Positions 44,201-55,050 of a stretch of DNA of 64,000 nucleotides are shown piece after piece. A model generated the notes under the pieces. It saw only the letters and a list, made by a program, of their open reading frames with translations. It made no database searches and had not been told where the DNA came from. Source of the DNA: Anaeromyxobacteraceae bacterium (GTDB lineage: Bacteria > Myxococcota > Myxococcia > Myxococcales > Anaeromyxobacteraceae); the NCBI GenBank assembly GCA_032654565.1, contig JAULAX010000015.1, positions 1,216,001-1,280,000 on the forward strand, read 5' to 3'. Position 1 is the stretch's first letter, and the number at the start of each line of letters is the position of its first letter. The position numbers and the translations under genes were made by a program.

Positions 44201-45910
44201 GCCACCGCCGAGGTGGTCAACAGCCCGCCGCCGCCCCCGGAGCTGGCCTTCGCGCCGGCCCGGCCCCGCACCGTCGACGGCCTCTCACTCCAGGTGAACC
44301 AGCGCCCCGACCCCGACGGTGACCAGGTGGCCCACCGCTACGCCTGGACCCGCAACGGCGCCCGCTCCGAGGCCCCGCCCGACCAGGCCCAGGTCCCGCG
44401 CGGCGTGCCCAGGAAGGGCGAGCGCTGGGGCGTGACGGTGGTGGCGCTCGACGGCCAGGCCGAGAGCGCGCCGGCCCGGGCCGAGGTGGTGATCGCCGAC
44501 ACCGCGCCGGGGCCGGTCCAGGTGTCGCTCTGCGACGGGCCGGTGCCCGGCGGCACCCTCCCCGAGGTGAAGGTGGTGCGCCCCGCCGTGGACGCCGACG
44601 GCGACGCCGTCAGCTACCGGTACGAGTGGACCCTGAACGGCGCGCTCCTGCCGCAGGCCCAGCAGGCCCGGCTGGGGGTGGCGCTCAAGAAGCGCGACGT
44701 GGTCCGCGTGCAGGTGACGCCCTGGGACGGCGAGCTCCCCGGCCCCTCGGTGATGGCCACCTGCGCCGGGCGCAACACGCCTCCCACCGCTCCCTCGGTG
44801 GCCCTCGAGCCGGCGGTGCCCACGGCGCTCACCGGGCTCACCGTCAAGCTGCTGCGCCCGGCCACCGACCTCGACGGCGACGCCGTCACCTATCGCTACC
44901 GCTGGTGGCGGGACGGCCTGCCCTTCGCCCTGGAGGGGGCCACCCTGGCGCCGCGCTCGCTCCGCCGCGGCGAGGCCTGGCGCGTCGAGGTCGCCGCCTT
45001 CGACGGAGACCAGGCCGGCGAGCCGGTGCGGCTCGAGGCGGTGGTGGCCAACACCGTCCCGCCCCAGCCCCAGGTGGCCCTGAAGCCGGCCGCGCCGCTC
45101 ACCGGCGCCGCGCTCACCTGCGAGGCGACGGGGCCGGAGCGCGACGCCGACCAGGAGGCCATCACCATCGGCTACCGCTGGAGCCGCAACGACAAGCTGG
45201 AGCCGCTGGCCGAGGGGCAGCCGGTGCTGGCCGCCGGCGTGATCCGGCGCGGCGAGCGCTGGCGCTGCGAGGCCTGGGCGTCGGACGGCCGCTCCGAGAG
45301 CCCCCGCGCCTCGGCCGAGGTGACGGTGCAGAACGGTCCGCCGGGCGCGCCGCAGGTGGTGATCGAGCCGGACCCGGCCCACACCCGTGACCCGCTGGCC
45401 TGCCGCGTGGCGGTCCCCTCGTTCGATCCCGACGGTGACGAGGTGAGCTACGCCTTCGCCTGGTGGCGCAACGACAAGCCCCTGCCGGGGACCTTCCCGT
45501 CGGGGCTGCTGCCGACGCTGGCCACCGTCAACCGTGATCGGTTCAAGTGCTCGGCGACGCCGAGCGACGGGATGGCGCGCGGTCCGGCCGGCTTCGCCGA
45601 GCGGGTGGTGAGCAATTCACCACCCGGACCGGCGCGCGCGACGATCTTGTCGCGTCACCCACGCGCGGGACAGCCGCTCCGCTGCGAGATCACCACGAAG
45701 AGCGAGGATCCTGATGGGGATCAGGTCCGCTACCGCTATCGATGGACTCGGAACGGCACTCCGCAGCCATTTGCGGAGACTTCCGACGAGGTTCCGATCC
45801 GGATGGTCCGCGCCGGCGACCGGTGGCGGTGCCTGGTGATCCCCACCGACGGCGACCTGGACGGGCCGGAGTCGGGGAGCGATGAGGTCCTCATTGAAGG
45901 ACCCCAATAG
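41270..45910 (+). CDS. Giant secreted FG-GAP/VCBS propeller protein with 12 cadherin/Ig-like repeats
   Basis: Repeated ADLDGD..E/D and PGFP motifs in the first ~410 aa, then 12 ~95-aa units N/D.PP..P.V...P...D.DGD...Y.Y.W..NG..RGERW...DG. Confidence 0.88.
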   Translation: MLHLLLSFTLGAGALSNFPRDAGGRVTHSAVGVSFDGTPVVVVSAGDRVAAFRGDGAPVAGFPFVLPDGELLAGAPAAADLDGDRRPEIAVVTVTGKVYLWSGGGVAPGFPVSLQARARAGASFADVDGDGKLELLVGDEQGRVHAFKRSGAPARGFPIQGGRAAVTSSISSSRFAGGPSLAWGTEDGKVQVTSGAGKARPGFPLATGFAVTGAPVFADLDDDGAMDLLVGSQDFKLYAVDAQGRALPGFPVAAGYRIYEAPAVADLDGDRRLDVIFASADGLLHAVDHAGQRLKGFPVRVGPRLFGGPAVGDVDRNGALEVVVVAADGAVAVISGAGRSPGGFPASLGEIEVAASPLLHDLPGDGGLAILVGTPQGRLHGLRATRAGAVAAGAAAAPWPAPGHDPARSGRHGPNPPSYKDLVLTPEAPRLADGLRAAWRATWLDAGPGEAIPAPRLEWLRNGKPVPGLEGRAALPPGTARRGERWRFTLAAAGSAVWVESAERRILDTAPGAPRVKLEPAVPGRGAPVRAVITAPAVDPDGDAVSYRIDWLLDGLETGVTGETFPGDRLRRGLLLTARVVASDGELEAEPALAEARVANTAPGALVVALEPAPPRRADLLRAQLVRPATDVDGDRLTYRHRWTVDGKPLDLPLSAAEVPAGLLRKHRVARVEVRAFDGELEGPPVTAEVEVRNTPPGTPRLEIRPPRPRHGEALRAVLTAPAEDADADPLTYAYSWTKNGQPLPLAGDPREVPGAQVQRGDRFEVTAQAFDGEEKGARASAIVTAVNTPPEPPRVAIEPRHPRGGETLRMVVTSPARDADGDPVKLNVGWTREGKLASAGADTLAPALFRKHERVRVVVTPADGIESGVPATDEVLVENAPPGAPGVVLAPARPTAGEPLRAIVQVPADDPDGDRVSYRYRWLRDGAPVHLPGPDGGQEPGWTSVNEAPANLLARGQRWEVEVQAFDGEVHGASGRATAEVVNSPPPPPELAFAPARPRTVDGLSLQVNQRPDPDGDQVAHRYAWTRNGARSEAPPDQAQVPRGVPRKGERWGVTVVALDGQAESAPARAEVVIADTAPGPVQVSLCDGPVPGGTLPEVKVVRPAVDADGDAVSYRYEWTLNGALLPQAQQARLGVALKKRDVVRVQVTPWDGELPGPSVMATCAGRNTPPTAPSVALEPAVPTALTGLTVKLLRPATDLDGDAVTYRYRWWRDGLPFALEGATLAPRSLRRGEAWRVEVAAFDGDQAGEPVRLEAVVANTVPPQPQVALKPAAPLTGAALTCEATGPERDADQEAITIGYRWSRNDKLEPLAEGQPVLAAGVIRRGERWRCEAWASDGRSESPRASAEVTVQNGPPGAPQVVIEPDPAHTRDPLACRVAVPSFDPDGDEVSYAFAWWRNDKPLPGTFPSGLLPTLATVNRDRFKCSATPSDGMARGPAGFAERVVSNSPPGPARATILSRHPRAGQPLRCEITTKSEDPDGDQVRYRYRWTRNGTPQPFAETSDEVPIRMVRAGDRWRCLVIPTDGDLDGPESGSDEVLIEGPQ

Positions 45911-45915
45911 TCGGC

Positions 45916-45933
45916 AGGACCTTTCGGGGTTCT
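45916..45933 (+). terminator. UUCG-capped hairpin after the FG-GAP gene
   Basis: AGGACCT-TTCG-GGGTTCT followed by TCATT. Confidence 0.5.
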
Positions 45934-45936
45934 TCA

Positions 45937-45965
45937 TTGACGATTGTCCGTCGTGAACCTATTAT
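45937..45965 (+). promoter_or_regulatory. Near-consensus sigma70 promoter for the barrel/OPX module
   Basis: TTGACG-N17-TATTAT. Confidence 0.75.
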
Positions 45966-46017
45966 CTACGGGTCCTTGCTGGTGTTTGGGCGGTTCGACG
46001 CTCAGGTGGGAGTCCCC

Positions 46018-46554
46018 GTGACCAGGTTCATGTGCTTGACCGCGTTCTGCGGGATGTTGTTCGTCGCCTCGGCTTCGGCCGCGCCCGGTGACGCGGCCGC
46101 GAGCGGGGACCGGACGCGGCGGGCCGCCGAGGCCGTCCACGCCATGCGCGCCTCACTCCAGCAGGTCACCCTGCGGGTCGAGGACGCGCGCAACGAGAAG
46201 GACGTGGTGAAGCTGAACTGCGTCAACGAGAAGCTGGTCCAGATCAAGGGGCTGCTCAAGGTGGCGGAGCAGTCGGAGGCCGCGCTCAAGGACGCACCCG
46301 CCGGCAACGACCCGGCCGCCAACAACGAGCTGGCCAAGATCGGCATCGCCAGGACCAAGGTCGACGGGCTCGGCAACGACGCCCAGCAGTGCATCGGGCA
46401 GCTGGCCTACATCGTGGACGAGAAGACCACGGTCGAGGTCCACCAGCCGGTCGGCCAGCCCGACCGTGACACCTCAGGGCGGTACCGGCCCGCCCCGCCG
46501 CCGTCGGCGCCGGTGGTGCTGCGGCCGCCGGCCGCGAGCGCCTTCCTCCCGTGA
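46018..46554 (+). CDS. Secreted helical hypothetical protein
   Basis: GGGAG RBS before GTG at 46018, signal peptide ending ASA, amphipathic helices with two Cys (KLNCV, QQCIG), Pro-rich tail. Confidence 0.75.
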   Translation: MTRFMCLTAFCGMLFVASASAAPGDAAASGDRTRRAAEAVHAMRASLQQVTLRVEDARNEKDVVKLNCVNEKLVQIKGLLKVAEQSEAALKDAPAGNDPAANNELAKIGIARTKVDGLGNDAQQCIGQLAYIVDEKTTVEVHQPVGQPDRDTSGRYRPAPPPSAPVVLRPPAASAFLP

Positions 46555-46646
46555 GCAGCTCCTCGCTTCGGTCGGCTCCTGCCACTCGGCGCGGGCACGA
46601 CACCGGGCAACGAACGTCGGAAACATCCAGCAGGGGGCGGGGCGCG

Positions 46647-47918
46647 ATGAAGCGGCTACTTGGACAACTGGCGGTGTTGGTGGTGCTCGCGGCCGCGGGG
46701 CCCGCCCAGGCGGCGCTCGGCAACGGCATCCGGGTCGGCGGCGCCGAGGGTCGGCTGCACCCGTTCTTCGAGATGGAGCTCCGCTACAACTCCAACGTCG
46801 CCACCTACTTCCAGCCGGCGCAGACGCTGGGAGGGGACCTCATGCTCCACCTGCGCCCCGGGCTCCTGCTCGCCGTCCCCGGCGAGAACGTCGCCGTCGA
46901 CCTGCGCGCCATGCTCGACTGGGCCCAGTACTTCGGCACCCAGGACACGCTCTCCAAGGACCTGTCGAGCCTGTACGCCACCGTCTCCCTCGGCGTCGGC
47001 TTCAACCGCAAGGGGCAGCTCGGGCTCGAGCTCGACGAGAAGTTCACCCGCAGCAACCAGCCCACGGTCTACTCGATCGCCGCCGGCATCATCTCCAACC
47101 GCAACGACCTCTCGCTGGCCGCGCCGTGGCGCCCGGGTGGCGGGGCCCTGACCTTGACCCTGGGCGGCGACTGGGCCGTCGAGTCGTTCGAGGCCTTCAA
47201 GTCGGCCCAGATCTGCGGCGCCACCGTCAGCCCGTTCTGCGTCCCCGCCCACATCGCCGACCTCGGCTTCAACAACCTCGGGGTGGGTCTCGGGGTGAAC
47301 TGGCGGTTCCTCCCCAAGACCTCGGCGCTCCTCGACCTCTCCTGGTTCGACCGGATCCCCAACAGCACGCGCTACTCGATCGCCGGGACCGGGATGCGGG
47401 TCCAGGCCGGGCTCTCCGGGCTGGTCACCTCCCACCTGGCGGCCACCGTGAAGGGCGGCTACGGGACCACGCTCGGCCTGACCCTCGACCCGCTGGCGGT
47501 CCCCCAGGCCGATCTCTCCGGCTTCGGGACCTGGCTGGCGCTGGTCTCGGCCGAGTGGATCCCCTCCACCCAGTCGAACCTGAAGCTGACCTGGAACCAC
47601 GATCTCGGCTTCGACCCCGGCACCACCTGGGCGCTCTACACCAGCACCCACACCTCGCTGGAGGGGAAGAGCAAGCTCAACGGCAACCTCACCGCCGCCA
47701 TCTTCGTGGACTGGGCGCTGCTCTCCTACCGCGACCCGGACAGCAGCACCTCCAACGTCCTCACGGTGCGGCCGTCCCTGCAGGCCGAGATGGCGCGCTG
47801 GCTGATGCTGGAGGTGGCCTACCAGTACACCGACCGCACCACCGACGCCGTGGTCGCGCCGACCGGGTGGAAGTACTCCAGGCACGAGGCCTGGCTGCGG
47901 GCCGTGGTCACGTACTAG
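46647..47918 (+). CDS. Outer-membrane beta-barrel (BBP2 / EpsX-Wzp-like)
   Basis: Signal peptide AQA, LHPF..E.RYNSNV, alternating beta strands, NWRFLPKT, C-terminal aromatic (VVTY); adjacent to OPX gene. Confidence 0.8.
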   Translation: MKRLLGQLAVLVVLAAAGPAQAALGNGIRVGGAEGRLHPFFEMELRYNSNVATYFQPAQTLGGDLMLHLRPGLLLAVPGENVAVDLRAMLDWAQYFGTQDTLSKDLSSLYATVSLGVGFNRKGQLGLELDEKFTRSNQPTVYSIAAGIISNRNDLSLAAPWRPGGGALTLTLGGDWAVESFEAFKSAQICGATVSPFCVPAHIADLGFNNLGVGLGVNWRFLPKTSALLDLSWFDRIPNSTRYSIAGTGMRVQAGLSGLVTSHLAATVKGGYGTTLGLTLDPLAVPQADLSGFGTWLALVSAEWIPSTQSNLKLTWNHDLGFDPGTTWALYTSTHTSLEGKSKLNGNLTAAIFVDWALLSYRDPDSSTSNVLTVRPSLQAEMARWLMLEVAYQYTDRTTDAVVAPTGWKYSRHEAWLRAVVTY

Positions 47919-47941
47919 GATCCGCGGTAGGAATCACCTCC

Positions 47942-48541
47942 ATGTCACCGCTTCGAATCCTCGCCACCGCGCTGGCGCTGGCCACGGCCTCCGGCTGCGC
48001 CATGGGCGGGCGGACCCCCGCGGCCGAGCAGCCCGCCACCGCCGGGCTGGCGGCGTCCACGCTGGGACCCCAGGACATCTTCGAGGTGCGGGTCTACCAG
48101 GAGCCCGAGCTCTCCGGCCTCTACCAGGTCGGCCCGCAGGGCGACATCATGTTCCCGCTCTGCAAGCAGGTGGTGGTGCGGGGACTCACCGCCAACGGCA
48201 CGGCGGAGAAGCTGCGTGACTGCCTCTCCCGGGGCTTCCTGCGCAACCCGCAGGTCTCGGTGCTGGTGAAGGAGTTCAACTCGCGCAAGGTCTTCGTCTT
48301 CGGCGAGGTGCAGAAGCCCGGCACCTTCGCCTTCGAGGACGGGATGTCGGTGGTGCAGGCGCTGACCCTGGCCGGCGGCTTCACCAAGCAGGCGGCCCCC
48401 AACTCCACCTCGGTGACCCGGCTGGTCAACGGCCAGGAGGTGAAGACCAAGGTCAACGTCCAGGACATCGCCCTCGGCAAGTCGGCCAACTTCAAGCTCG
48501 AGCCGGGCGACATCGTCTTCGTGCCGGAGTCGATGTTCTAG
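47942..48541 (+). CDS. Short OPX/Wza-family polysaccharide export lipoprotein (Poly_export + SLBB)
   Basis: Lipobox ASGC, LGPQD.F.V.V..EPELSG..V...[35 protein letters not shown]; 199 aa with no C-terminal OM helix. Confidence 0.9.
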   Translation: MSPLRILATALALATASGCAMGGRTPAAEQPATAGLAASTLGPQDIFEVRVYQEPELSGLYQVGPQGDIMFPLCKQVVVRGLTANGTAEKLRDCLSRGFLRNPQVSVLVKEFNSRKVFVFGEVQKPGTFAFEDGMSVVQALTLAGGFTKQAAPNSTSVTRLVNGQEVKTKVNVQDIALGKSANFKLEPGDIVFVPESMF

Positions 48542-48626
48542 GTCGGCAGGTCCGCGCCGCGTCCGGGCCGGCCGTCCCCCGGCCCCCGCCGCCGCCCCGC
48601 TCCCCTCGTTTCAGGCCGCTTCCGGG

Positions 48627-48642
48627 TGGCACGCCCGCTGCT
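48627..48642 (+). promoter_or_regulatory. Sigma54 (-24/-12) promoter candidate for comM-recA
   Basis: TGGCACG-CCCG-CTGCT, exact GG-N10-GC spacing, with the ATG at 48655 just downstream. Confidence 0.6.
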
Positions 48643-48654
48643 CTGCGGTGGGGC

Positions 48655-50163
48655 ATGCTGGCGTGCGTCCGCTCCGCGGTGGTCCTGGGCATCGAGGCCC
48701 TGCCGGTCGACGTCGAGGTCGAGACCTCGCAGGGCATGCCGAACACCTTCCTGGTCGGCCTGGCCGGCGTCGCGGTGGCCGAGGCCAGGGTCCGGGTGCT
48801 GGCGGCGGTCCGCAACTGCGGCGTCGAGCTCCCCTCGAAGCGGGTGGTGATCAACCTGGCCCCGGCCGACCTGCGCAAGGACGGCGGCGGGCTCGACCTC
48901 CCCATCGCCGTGGCCCTGCTGGCCGCCAGCAAGGAGCTGCCGCCGGAAGGGCTCGAGGGCATCCACTTCATCGGCGAGCTCTCCCTCTCCGGCGAGGTGC
49001 GGCCGGCGCGCGGCGTGCTGCCGGTGGCCATGGCGGCGCGGCGGGCCGGGGCCCGGGCGCTGGTGGTCCCGGAGGCCAACGCCCACGAGGCGGCGGTGGT
49101 GGAGGGGCTCACCGTCCACGCCGTGCGCCACCTCTCCCAGGTGGTGGCCTGGGCGCGCCGCCAGGCACCGCTGCCGCCGCTGCCGGAGGCGCCGCCCTTG
49201 CTGGCCCCCGCGCCGCCGCTCGACCTCTCCGACGTGGCCGGGCAGGAGGTGGCCAAGCGGGCGCTGGAGATCGCCGCCGCCGGCGGGCACAACCTGCTCT
49301 TCTTCGGCCCGCCCGGCAGCGGCAAGACCATGCTGGCCCGCCGCCTCCCTGGCCTGCTGCCGCCGCTCGACTTCGACGAGGCCCTCGAGGCCACCGTGGT
49401 CCACAGCGTGGCCGGGCTGACCCGCCACCGCGGCCTGCTCACCGAGCGCCCCTTCCGCGCCCCGCACCACTCGGTCTCCGACGCCGGCCTGGTGGGGGGC
49501 TCGGCCCCCCCGCGCCCCGGCGAGGTCTCGCTGGCCCACCACGGGGTGCTCTTCCTCGACGAGCTGCCGGAGTTCCGGCGCCACGTCCTCGAGTCGCTGC
49601 GCCAGCCGGCCGAGGACGGCGAGGTGACGCTGGCGCGGGCGGCCCGCAGCATCACCTACCCGGCCCACTTCGCCCTGGTGGCGGCCATGAACCCCTGCCC
49701 CTGCGGCCACCACGGCGACCTGACCCGCCGCTGCCGCTGCACCACCAACGAGCTGCTGCGCTACCGGCGCCGCCTCAGCGGGCCGCTGCTCGACCGCATC
49801 GACCTGCACATCGACGTGCCGGCGGTGCCGCCGGCCTCGCTGGGCGCGGCCGGCAGCGGCACGGGCAGCGCCGAGGTGCGGGAGCGGGTGGCGCGGGTGC
49901 GGGCGCTGGCGGCGGCGCGCGGCGGGGCCCGGGTCAACGCCCGGCTGCGCGGGGCCAGCTTCCGCCGCCTCTGCCTGCCCGACGCCGCCGGCCGGCGGCT
50001 GCTGCTGGCCTGCATGGAGCGGCTCGGGCTCTCGGTCCGGGCCCACGACAAGGTGCTGCGGGTGGCCCGCACCATCGCCGACCTGGCCGGCGACGAGGCG
50101 GTGGGCGCGCCCCACGTCGCCGAGGCCGTGCAGTACCGCGGGCTGGACCGCCCCATCGCCTGA
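48655..50163 (+). CDS. comM: YifB/ComM Mg-chelatase-like AAA+ ATPase
   Basis: [81 protein letters not shown]. Confidence 0.95.
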   Translation: MLACVRSAVVLGIEALPVDVEVETSQGMPNTFLVGLAGVAVAEARVRVLAAVRNCGVELPSKRVVINLAPADLRKDGGGLDLPIAVALLAASKELPPEGLEGIHFIGELSLSGEVRPARGVLPVAMAARRAGARALVVPEANAHEAAVVEGLTVHAVRHLSQVVAWARRQAPLPPLPEAPPLLAPAPPLDLSDVAGQEVAKRALEIAAAGGHNLLFFGPPGSGKTMLARRLPGLLPPLDFDEALEATVVHSVAGLTRHRGLLTERPFRAPHHSVSDAGLVGGSAPPRPGEVSLAHHGVLFLDELPEFRRHVLESLRQPAEDGEVTLARAARSITYPAHFALVAAMNPCPCGHHGDLTRRCRCTTNELLRYRRRLSGPLLDRIDLHIDVPAVPPASLGAAGSGTGSAEVRERVARVRALAAARGGARVNARLRGASFRRLCLPDAAGRRLLLACMERLGLSVRAHDKVLRVARTIADLAGDEAVGAPHVAEAVQYRGLDRPIA

Positions 50164-50224
50164 CCCACCGGCCGGGACCCGGCCCACCACCCCGCCGACG
50201 CGGCGGAGAAACGAGCAGCGGCAG

Positions 50225-51262
<1,038 letters not shown>

Positions 51263-51343
51263 AGCCCCGCGACCGGCCGGACGGGCCGGTGAGGGGCACG
51301 GCGCCACTGGCCTGGCCTGCGCCGAGGCCGGGATCGGGCCAAA

Positions 51344-52576
51344 TCAGCCGAGCGCGCGGCGGAGCAGGTCGAGGGCCTCGAAGGCGGCGGCGCGGCGGAC
51401 CCGCTCCCGGTCGCCGCGGTAGAGGCGGGCCACCGCCGTGGTGCCGGCCGGACCGGCCAGCGCCAGGTGGACCGTCCCCACCGGCTTCTCCGCCGTCCCA
51501 CCGTCGGGGCCGGCGATGCCGGTGACGCCGAGGCCCCAGGTGGCCGCGCCGGCGCGGCGGGCCCCCTCGGCCATGGCCCGGGCCACCGGCCCGGAGACGG
51601 CGCCGGTGGCGAGGAGGAGCGCCTCGGGGACGCCGAGGACGCCCTGCTTCACCGAGTTGGCGTAGGCCACCACGCCCAGGTCGAGCACCGCCGAGGCCCC
51701 GGGCACGGCGGTGACCAGCGAGGCGAGCAGGCCGCCGGTGCAGCTCTCGGCCAGCGCCACCTTCTCGCCGCGCGCCGCCAGCCGCGCCACCACCAGGGCG
51801 GCCAGCTCCTCCTTGCCGCTCCCCCAGACCGCCTCGCCGAAGAGGGCGCGCGCCGCGGCCTCGATGGCGGCGGCGCGCGGCTCGGCGCCGGGCGGGGGGA
51901 CCGTCCACTTCAGGTGGACCTCGGGGAAGTGGGCCCGGTAGCCGAAGCGGACCCCGGCGTTGGCCGGGTCGTCCATCACCGGCCGCATGGCCTGGTCGGC
52001 GGCCGACTCCCCCAGGCCGATGAGCTTGAGCACCCGGGCGGCCGGGGGCTGGCCGAGCCGGGCCGCCACCCAGGGCAGCACCACCTCGCCGCAGAGCCCG
52101 CGGTATTCGGCGGGGACGCCGGGCAGGCAGGTGAGGGCGGCCCGTCCGAGCTGGACTGTGAAGCCCGGGGCGGTGCCCCAGCGGTTGGGGTGGACGGCGG
52201 CGCCGCGGGGGAAGCTGGCCTGCTTCAGGTTGTTGGGCGTCATCACCCGCCCCATGCGCTGGAAGCGCTCGGCGATGGCGGCCTGCGACGGGGCGTGGGG
52301 CTCGAGCGGCACGCCCAGCACCCGGGCCACGCACTCGGCGGTCAGGTCGTCCTCGGTGGGGCCGAGCCCGCCGCTCATCACCACCAGGTCGGCGCGGCCG
52401 GTGGTCTCGCGCAGCGCCGCCTCCAGCACCGCCCGGTCGTCGCCCACCAGCGTCTTGCGCGTCGCCATCACCCCGGCGTCCCAGAGCCGGTCCATCAGCC
52501 ACGGCGAGTTGGTGTCGACCACCTGGCCGGTGAGCAGCTCGTCGCCGGTGGCGAGGAGCTCGACGGTGAGGCTCAC
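51344..52576 (-). CDS. cinA: Competence/damage-inducible protein CinA (MCF + PncC NMN deamidase)
   Basis: [48 protein letters not shown] at 52576. Confidence 0.95.
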   Translation of the reverse strand: MSLTVELLATGDELLTGQVVDTNSPWLMDRLWDAGVMATRKTLVGDDRAVLEAALRETTGRADLVVMSGGLGPTEDDLTAECVARVLGVPLEPHAPSQAAIAERFQRMGRVMTPNNLKQASFPRGAAVHPNRWGTAPGFTVQLGRAALTCLPGVPAEYRGLCGEVVLPWVAARLGQPPAARVLKLIGLGESAADQAMRPVMDDPANAGVRFGYRAHFPEVHLKWTVPPPGAEPRAAAIEAAARALFGEAVWGSGKEELAALVVARLAARGEKVALAESCTGGLLASLVTAVPGASAVLDLGVVAYANSVKQGVLGVPEALLLATGAVSGPVARAMAEGARRAGAATWGLGVTGIAGPDGGTAEKPVGTVHLALAGPAGTTAVARLYRGDRERVRRAAAFEALDLLRRALG

Positions 52577-53040
52577 GAGAAGACCCCGGGGAAGGCGAGG
52601 AGCAGCAGGCGCACCACCACCCAGGCCTGGAGGCCGGCGGCCACGTCGTCGAGCACCACGCCGGCCCCGGTCTTCCAGCGGTCGAGCGCCGAGGCCGGCC
52701 AGGGCTTGAGGATGTCGAAGAGGCGGAAGAGCAGGAAGGCGGCCAGCGCGGTGGGCCAGGTGAAGGGGAGGAAGGCGACGGCCACCAGGTAGCCGAGCAC
52801 CTCGTCGATGACGATGCCGGGGGCGTCGACCACCCCCCACCAGGCGCCGGCGCGGGTGGCGGCGTGGACGGCCAGCGCCAGGAAGGCGAGCAGGAAGGCG
52901 GCCGCGGCCAGCGGCTCGAGGCGGGAGACCGCCCAGGCCAGCGGGACGGCGCCGAGGGTGCCGACGGTGCCGGGGGCGACCGGGGCGAAGCCGCAGGGGC
53001 CCCAGGCGGCCAGCAGGGTCCAGCCGTCGGGCCGGCGCAC
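52573..53040 (-). CDS. pgpA: Phosphatidylglycerophosphatase A
   Basis: G..PVAPGT.GTL, D..IVIDEVLG, FRLFDILKPWP, GVVLDDVAAG. Confidence 0.93.
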   Translation of the reverse strand: MRRPDGWTLLAAWGPCGFAPVAPGTVGTLGAVPLAWAVSRLEPLAAAAFLLAFLALAVHAATRAGAWWGVVDAPGIVIDEVLGYLVAVAFLPFTWPTALAAFLLFRLFDILKPWPASALDRWKTGAGVVLDDVAAGLQAWVVVRLLLLAFPGVFS

Positions 53041-53897
53041 TAGATGTACTCGTCCCCTTCGTCCTTGTCGGCCTTCTCGTCGTCCTCGTCGTCGAGCTCC
53101 AGGGCCTCGTCGGCCTCCAGCTCGGCGCGGAGGGCGGGCGGCAGCTCGGCCGGGGCCGGCGGGTGGTGACGGACGAAGAGGGTCTCGGCCAGCCCGATGG
53201 CGATGTAGGCCAGCATGTAGACCACCAGCACGAAGGACGGGCGGGTCTTGATGGCGATGGCCAGGCCGGCCAGCACCAGGAACCCGAGGACGGCGAAGCT
53301 GCGGACCGAGAGGTGGGCGTCCTTGAAGGTCCGGTAGCGGATGGGCGAGACCATCAGGAAGGAGAGCAGCGTCACCACCACCGCCACCGGGACCTGGATG
53401 GTGGGGCCGACGTTCTGCTGGAACTCGGCGTAGTGGGCGATGACCAGGGCCACCACGGTGCCGGCGGCCAGCGGGATGGGGAGGCCGACGAAGAAGCGGG
53501 AGGAGCCCTTGTCGCCGCGCATGGCCAGCACGTTGAAGCGCGCCAGCCGGAGGGCGCCGCAGGCGGCGAAGGAGAAGGAGAGGAACAGCCCCAGCGCCCC
53601 CATGGGGGCCAGCGCCCACTTGTAGACCAGCAGGGCCGGCGCGGCTCCGAAGCTCATGACGTCGGCCAGGCTGTCGAGCTGCATGCCGAAGTCGCTCTGG
53701 GTCTTGGTCATCCGCGCCACGCGCCCGTCGAAGGCGTCGAAGAACATGGCGAAGAAGATGGCCAGGGCCGCCTGGTAGAGCTGCACCGGCGAGGCCTCGC
53801 CCGAGCAGAGGACGAGCGCGTAGAACCCGAGGAAGATCGAGCTGACCGTGAAGAGGTTGGGAAGGACGAACATCGCCTTCCGCAGGTTGATCTGCAT
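53040..53897 (-). CDS. pssA: CDP-diacylglycerol--serine O-phosphatidyltransferase
   Basis: LPNLFT, DAFDGRVAR..FG.QLDSLAD..SFGAAPA, ALRLARFN, F.GLP.P. Confidence 0.93.
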   Translation of the reverse strand: MQINLRKAMFVLPNLFTVSSIFLGFYALVLCSGEASPVQLYQAALAIFFAMFFDAFDGRVARMTKTQSDFGMQLDSLADVMSFGAAPALLVYKWALAPMGALGLFLSFSFAACGALRLARFNVLAMRGDKGSSRFFVGLPIPLAAGTVVALVIAHYAEFQQNVGPTIQVPVAVVVTLLSFLMVSPIRYRTFKDAHLSVRSFAVLGFLVLAGLAIAIKTRPSFVLVVYMLAYIAIGLAETLFVRHHPPAPAELPPALRAELEADEALELDDEDDEKADKDEGDEYI

Positions 53898-54003
53898 CGT
53901 GTCCCTGGCTCCTGGTGGCGGCGCGCCCGGCCCCTCCGGGGGCCGAAACGCCTCTCATACCTGTCACGCCGGGGCCCGGAAGTCGAGCAGGGATCTCCCC
54001 CCT

Positions 54004-55050
54004 TCAGGGGGACTTCGGCTCCGCGGCGCAGGGCTGGCGGGCCCCGTGGGCGTCGAGCAGCTCGACGCTGGCGCCCGAGCCGCAGTCGACCCAGAGGACC
54101 GGGTCGGTGAAGTGGCGGGCCTGCCAGGCGCGCACCCGGGCCCCCTGCATGGCCACCAGCCCGGGGCCACGGCCGGTGACCAGCGTGGCCCGCAGCTCGG
54201 CCCGGGTCCGGTCGGTGAAGATGAAGCCGCCGACCCGGCCCCCGCCGGCGTCCACCCCTTCGAGGAGCAGCTCGGCCCGGGCCGCCTCGATGGCGGCGCC
54301 GCCGCAGCCGGCCAGCACGCTGGCGGTGAGGGCCAGCGAGGCGCGCTGGACCAGCAGGCAGTCGCCGCCGATCCCGCCCGACTCGCGCGCCCCGGCGATG
54401 GCCAGGTCGCGAGCCACCACCCGGCCGCCGGAGATGGCGAGGCCGGAGGGGCCCCCGTCGCGCAGCGCCAGCTCGGCCAGCCGGGCCGTCCCGCTGGCGA
54501 TGGTGACCGCGGCCTCGGCGGAGGGGCCGGTCACCGCGGCGCGGGAGAGGTCGAGCTCGCCGCCGATGAGCGCCACGCCGGCCAGCCGCCCCCGGGCGGT
54601 CACGCCGGTGAGCGTCGCCGCGCCGCTGCGCTGCAGCAGCCCGTAGTCACCTTCCAGCCAGAGGTCGCGGCCGGTGACCCGGGCCCCGTCGACGAAGAGA
54701 CCGGTCGATCCCCCCACCAGCGCCACGCCGTCCAGGGTCACGGCGCCGGCCAGCGCCTTCAGGGCGCTCCGGGTCGGGCCGGCCACCAGCGTCAGGCCGA
54801 GCAGGGTGGCGTCGCCGTCGGTGACGGCGCCGTCCTCGCCGGGAGGCGCCAGGACGAAGGTGACGCCGGGGCCGGCCCCCACCACGGTGAGGCCGGAGAG
54901 CCGCCCCAGCGCCTCGCGGTGCTCCCCCGGCCCGAGGCGGAGCGTGTCGCCGGGCGCGGCGCCGGCCAGGGCCCGGGCGAGCGGCGCGCCGGCCGGGACC
55001 AGCCACTCGGCGCCGGCCAGCAGCGCCAGCAGCGCGGCGGTGGCGATCAC
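54004..55050 (-). CDS. Secreted right-handed beta-helix (pectin-lyase-fold) protein
   Basis: Signal peptide, ALAGAAPGDTLRLGPG start motif, Gly-rich parallel beta-helix periodicity; GTGA overlap with the M23 gene. Confidence 0.65.
   Translation of the reverse strand: MIATAALLALLAGAEWLVPAGAPLARALAGAAPGDTLRLGPGEHREALGRLSGLTVVGAGPGVTFVLAPPGEDGAVTDGDATLLGLTLVAGPTRSALKALAGAVTLDGVALVGGSTGLFVDGARVTGRDLWLEGDYGLLQRSGAATLTGVTARGRLAGVALIGGELDLSRAAVTGPSAEAAVTIASGTARLAELALRDGGPSGLAISGGRVVARDLAIAGARESGGIGGDCLLVQRASLALTASVLAGCGGAAIEAARAELLLEGVDAGGGRVGGFIFTDRTRAELRATLVTGRGPGLVAMQGARVRAWQARHFTDPVLWVDCGSGASVELLDAHGARQPCAAEPKSP

Noticed and set aside
45937..46017. TTG start at 45937 for the helical protein
   Set aside because: That TTG is the -35 hexamer of a near-consensus promoter. 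GTG at 46018 has an RBS and yields a proper signal peptide.
50164..50224. LexA/SOS box upstream of recA
   Set aside because: I could not recognise a convincing LexA-type site in the 61-bp spacer.
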